Shown here one piece after another: positions 64,000 to 64,000 of a stretch of DNA of 64,000 bases. Origin of the DNA: a virus. The position numbers and the translations under genes were made by a program. Position 1 is the first letter of the stretch; every line of letters starts with the position of its first letter. The notes beneath the pieces were generated by a model. That model did not search any database. It was not told where the DNA came from and was given only the letters and a program-made list of their open reading frames with translations. The stretch spans positions 1 through 64,000 of IMG/VR virus record IMGVR_UViG_3300027541_000218; one strand, written 5' to 3'.

Positions 64000-64000
64000 A

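Noticed and set aside
1-64000. Alternative genetic code, integrase, reverse transcriptase or DGR
   Set aside because: Long genes are intact in the standard code, no suppressor tRNA is present, and no integrase or RT motifs were seen.

Overview
This is a 64-kb segment of a large, AT-rich tailed phage, probably a siphovirus (long tape measure gene). WhiB, CRP-type operators, AGAAAGG ribosome-binding sites and many leaderless genes point to an actinobacterial host; a low-GC freshwater lineage is an inference. Layout: (1) 1-7.3 kb, a + strand early-type region of small genes separated by repeated regulatory cassettes, ending in an AT-rich non-coding stretch with DnaA boxes. (2) 7.4-19.6 kb, mostly + strand accessory genes: Fe-S proteins, SSB, a carbamoyltransferase, five tRNAs and a glycosyltransferase cluster. 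(3) 19.6-64 kb, - strand genes: accessory genes, lysis and surface proteins, terminase, recombination/replication genes (RecA, DnaE, primase, DnaB) and the tail module. The most striking unexplained signals are RNA and cis-regulatory. A promoter-driven ~135-nt sRNA (7104-7238) shows three CCCUUUCU motifs that mimic the actinobacterial 16S anti-Shine-Dalgarno tail and complement the (A)GAAAGG RBS of the early genes, while later genes mostly use AAGGAG or are leaderless. A small covarying H-type pseudoknot occurs five times, after early genes and in that sRNA. A pseudoknotted ~140-nt RNA lies inside the tRNA cluster. All protein calls come from motif recognition only; no database searches were run.
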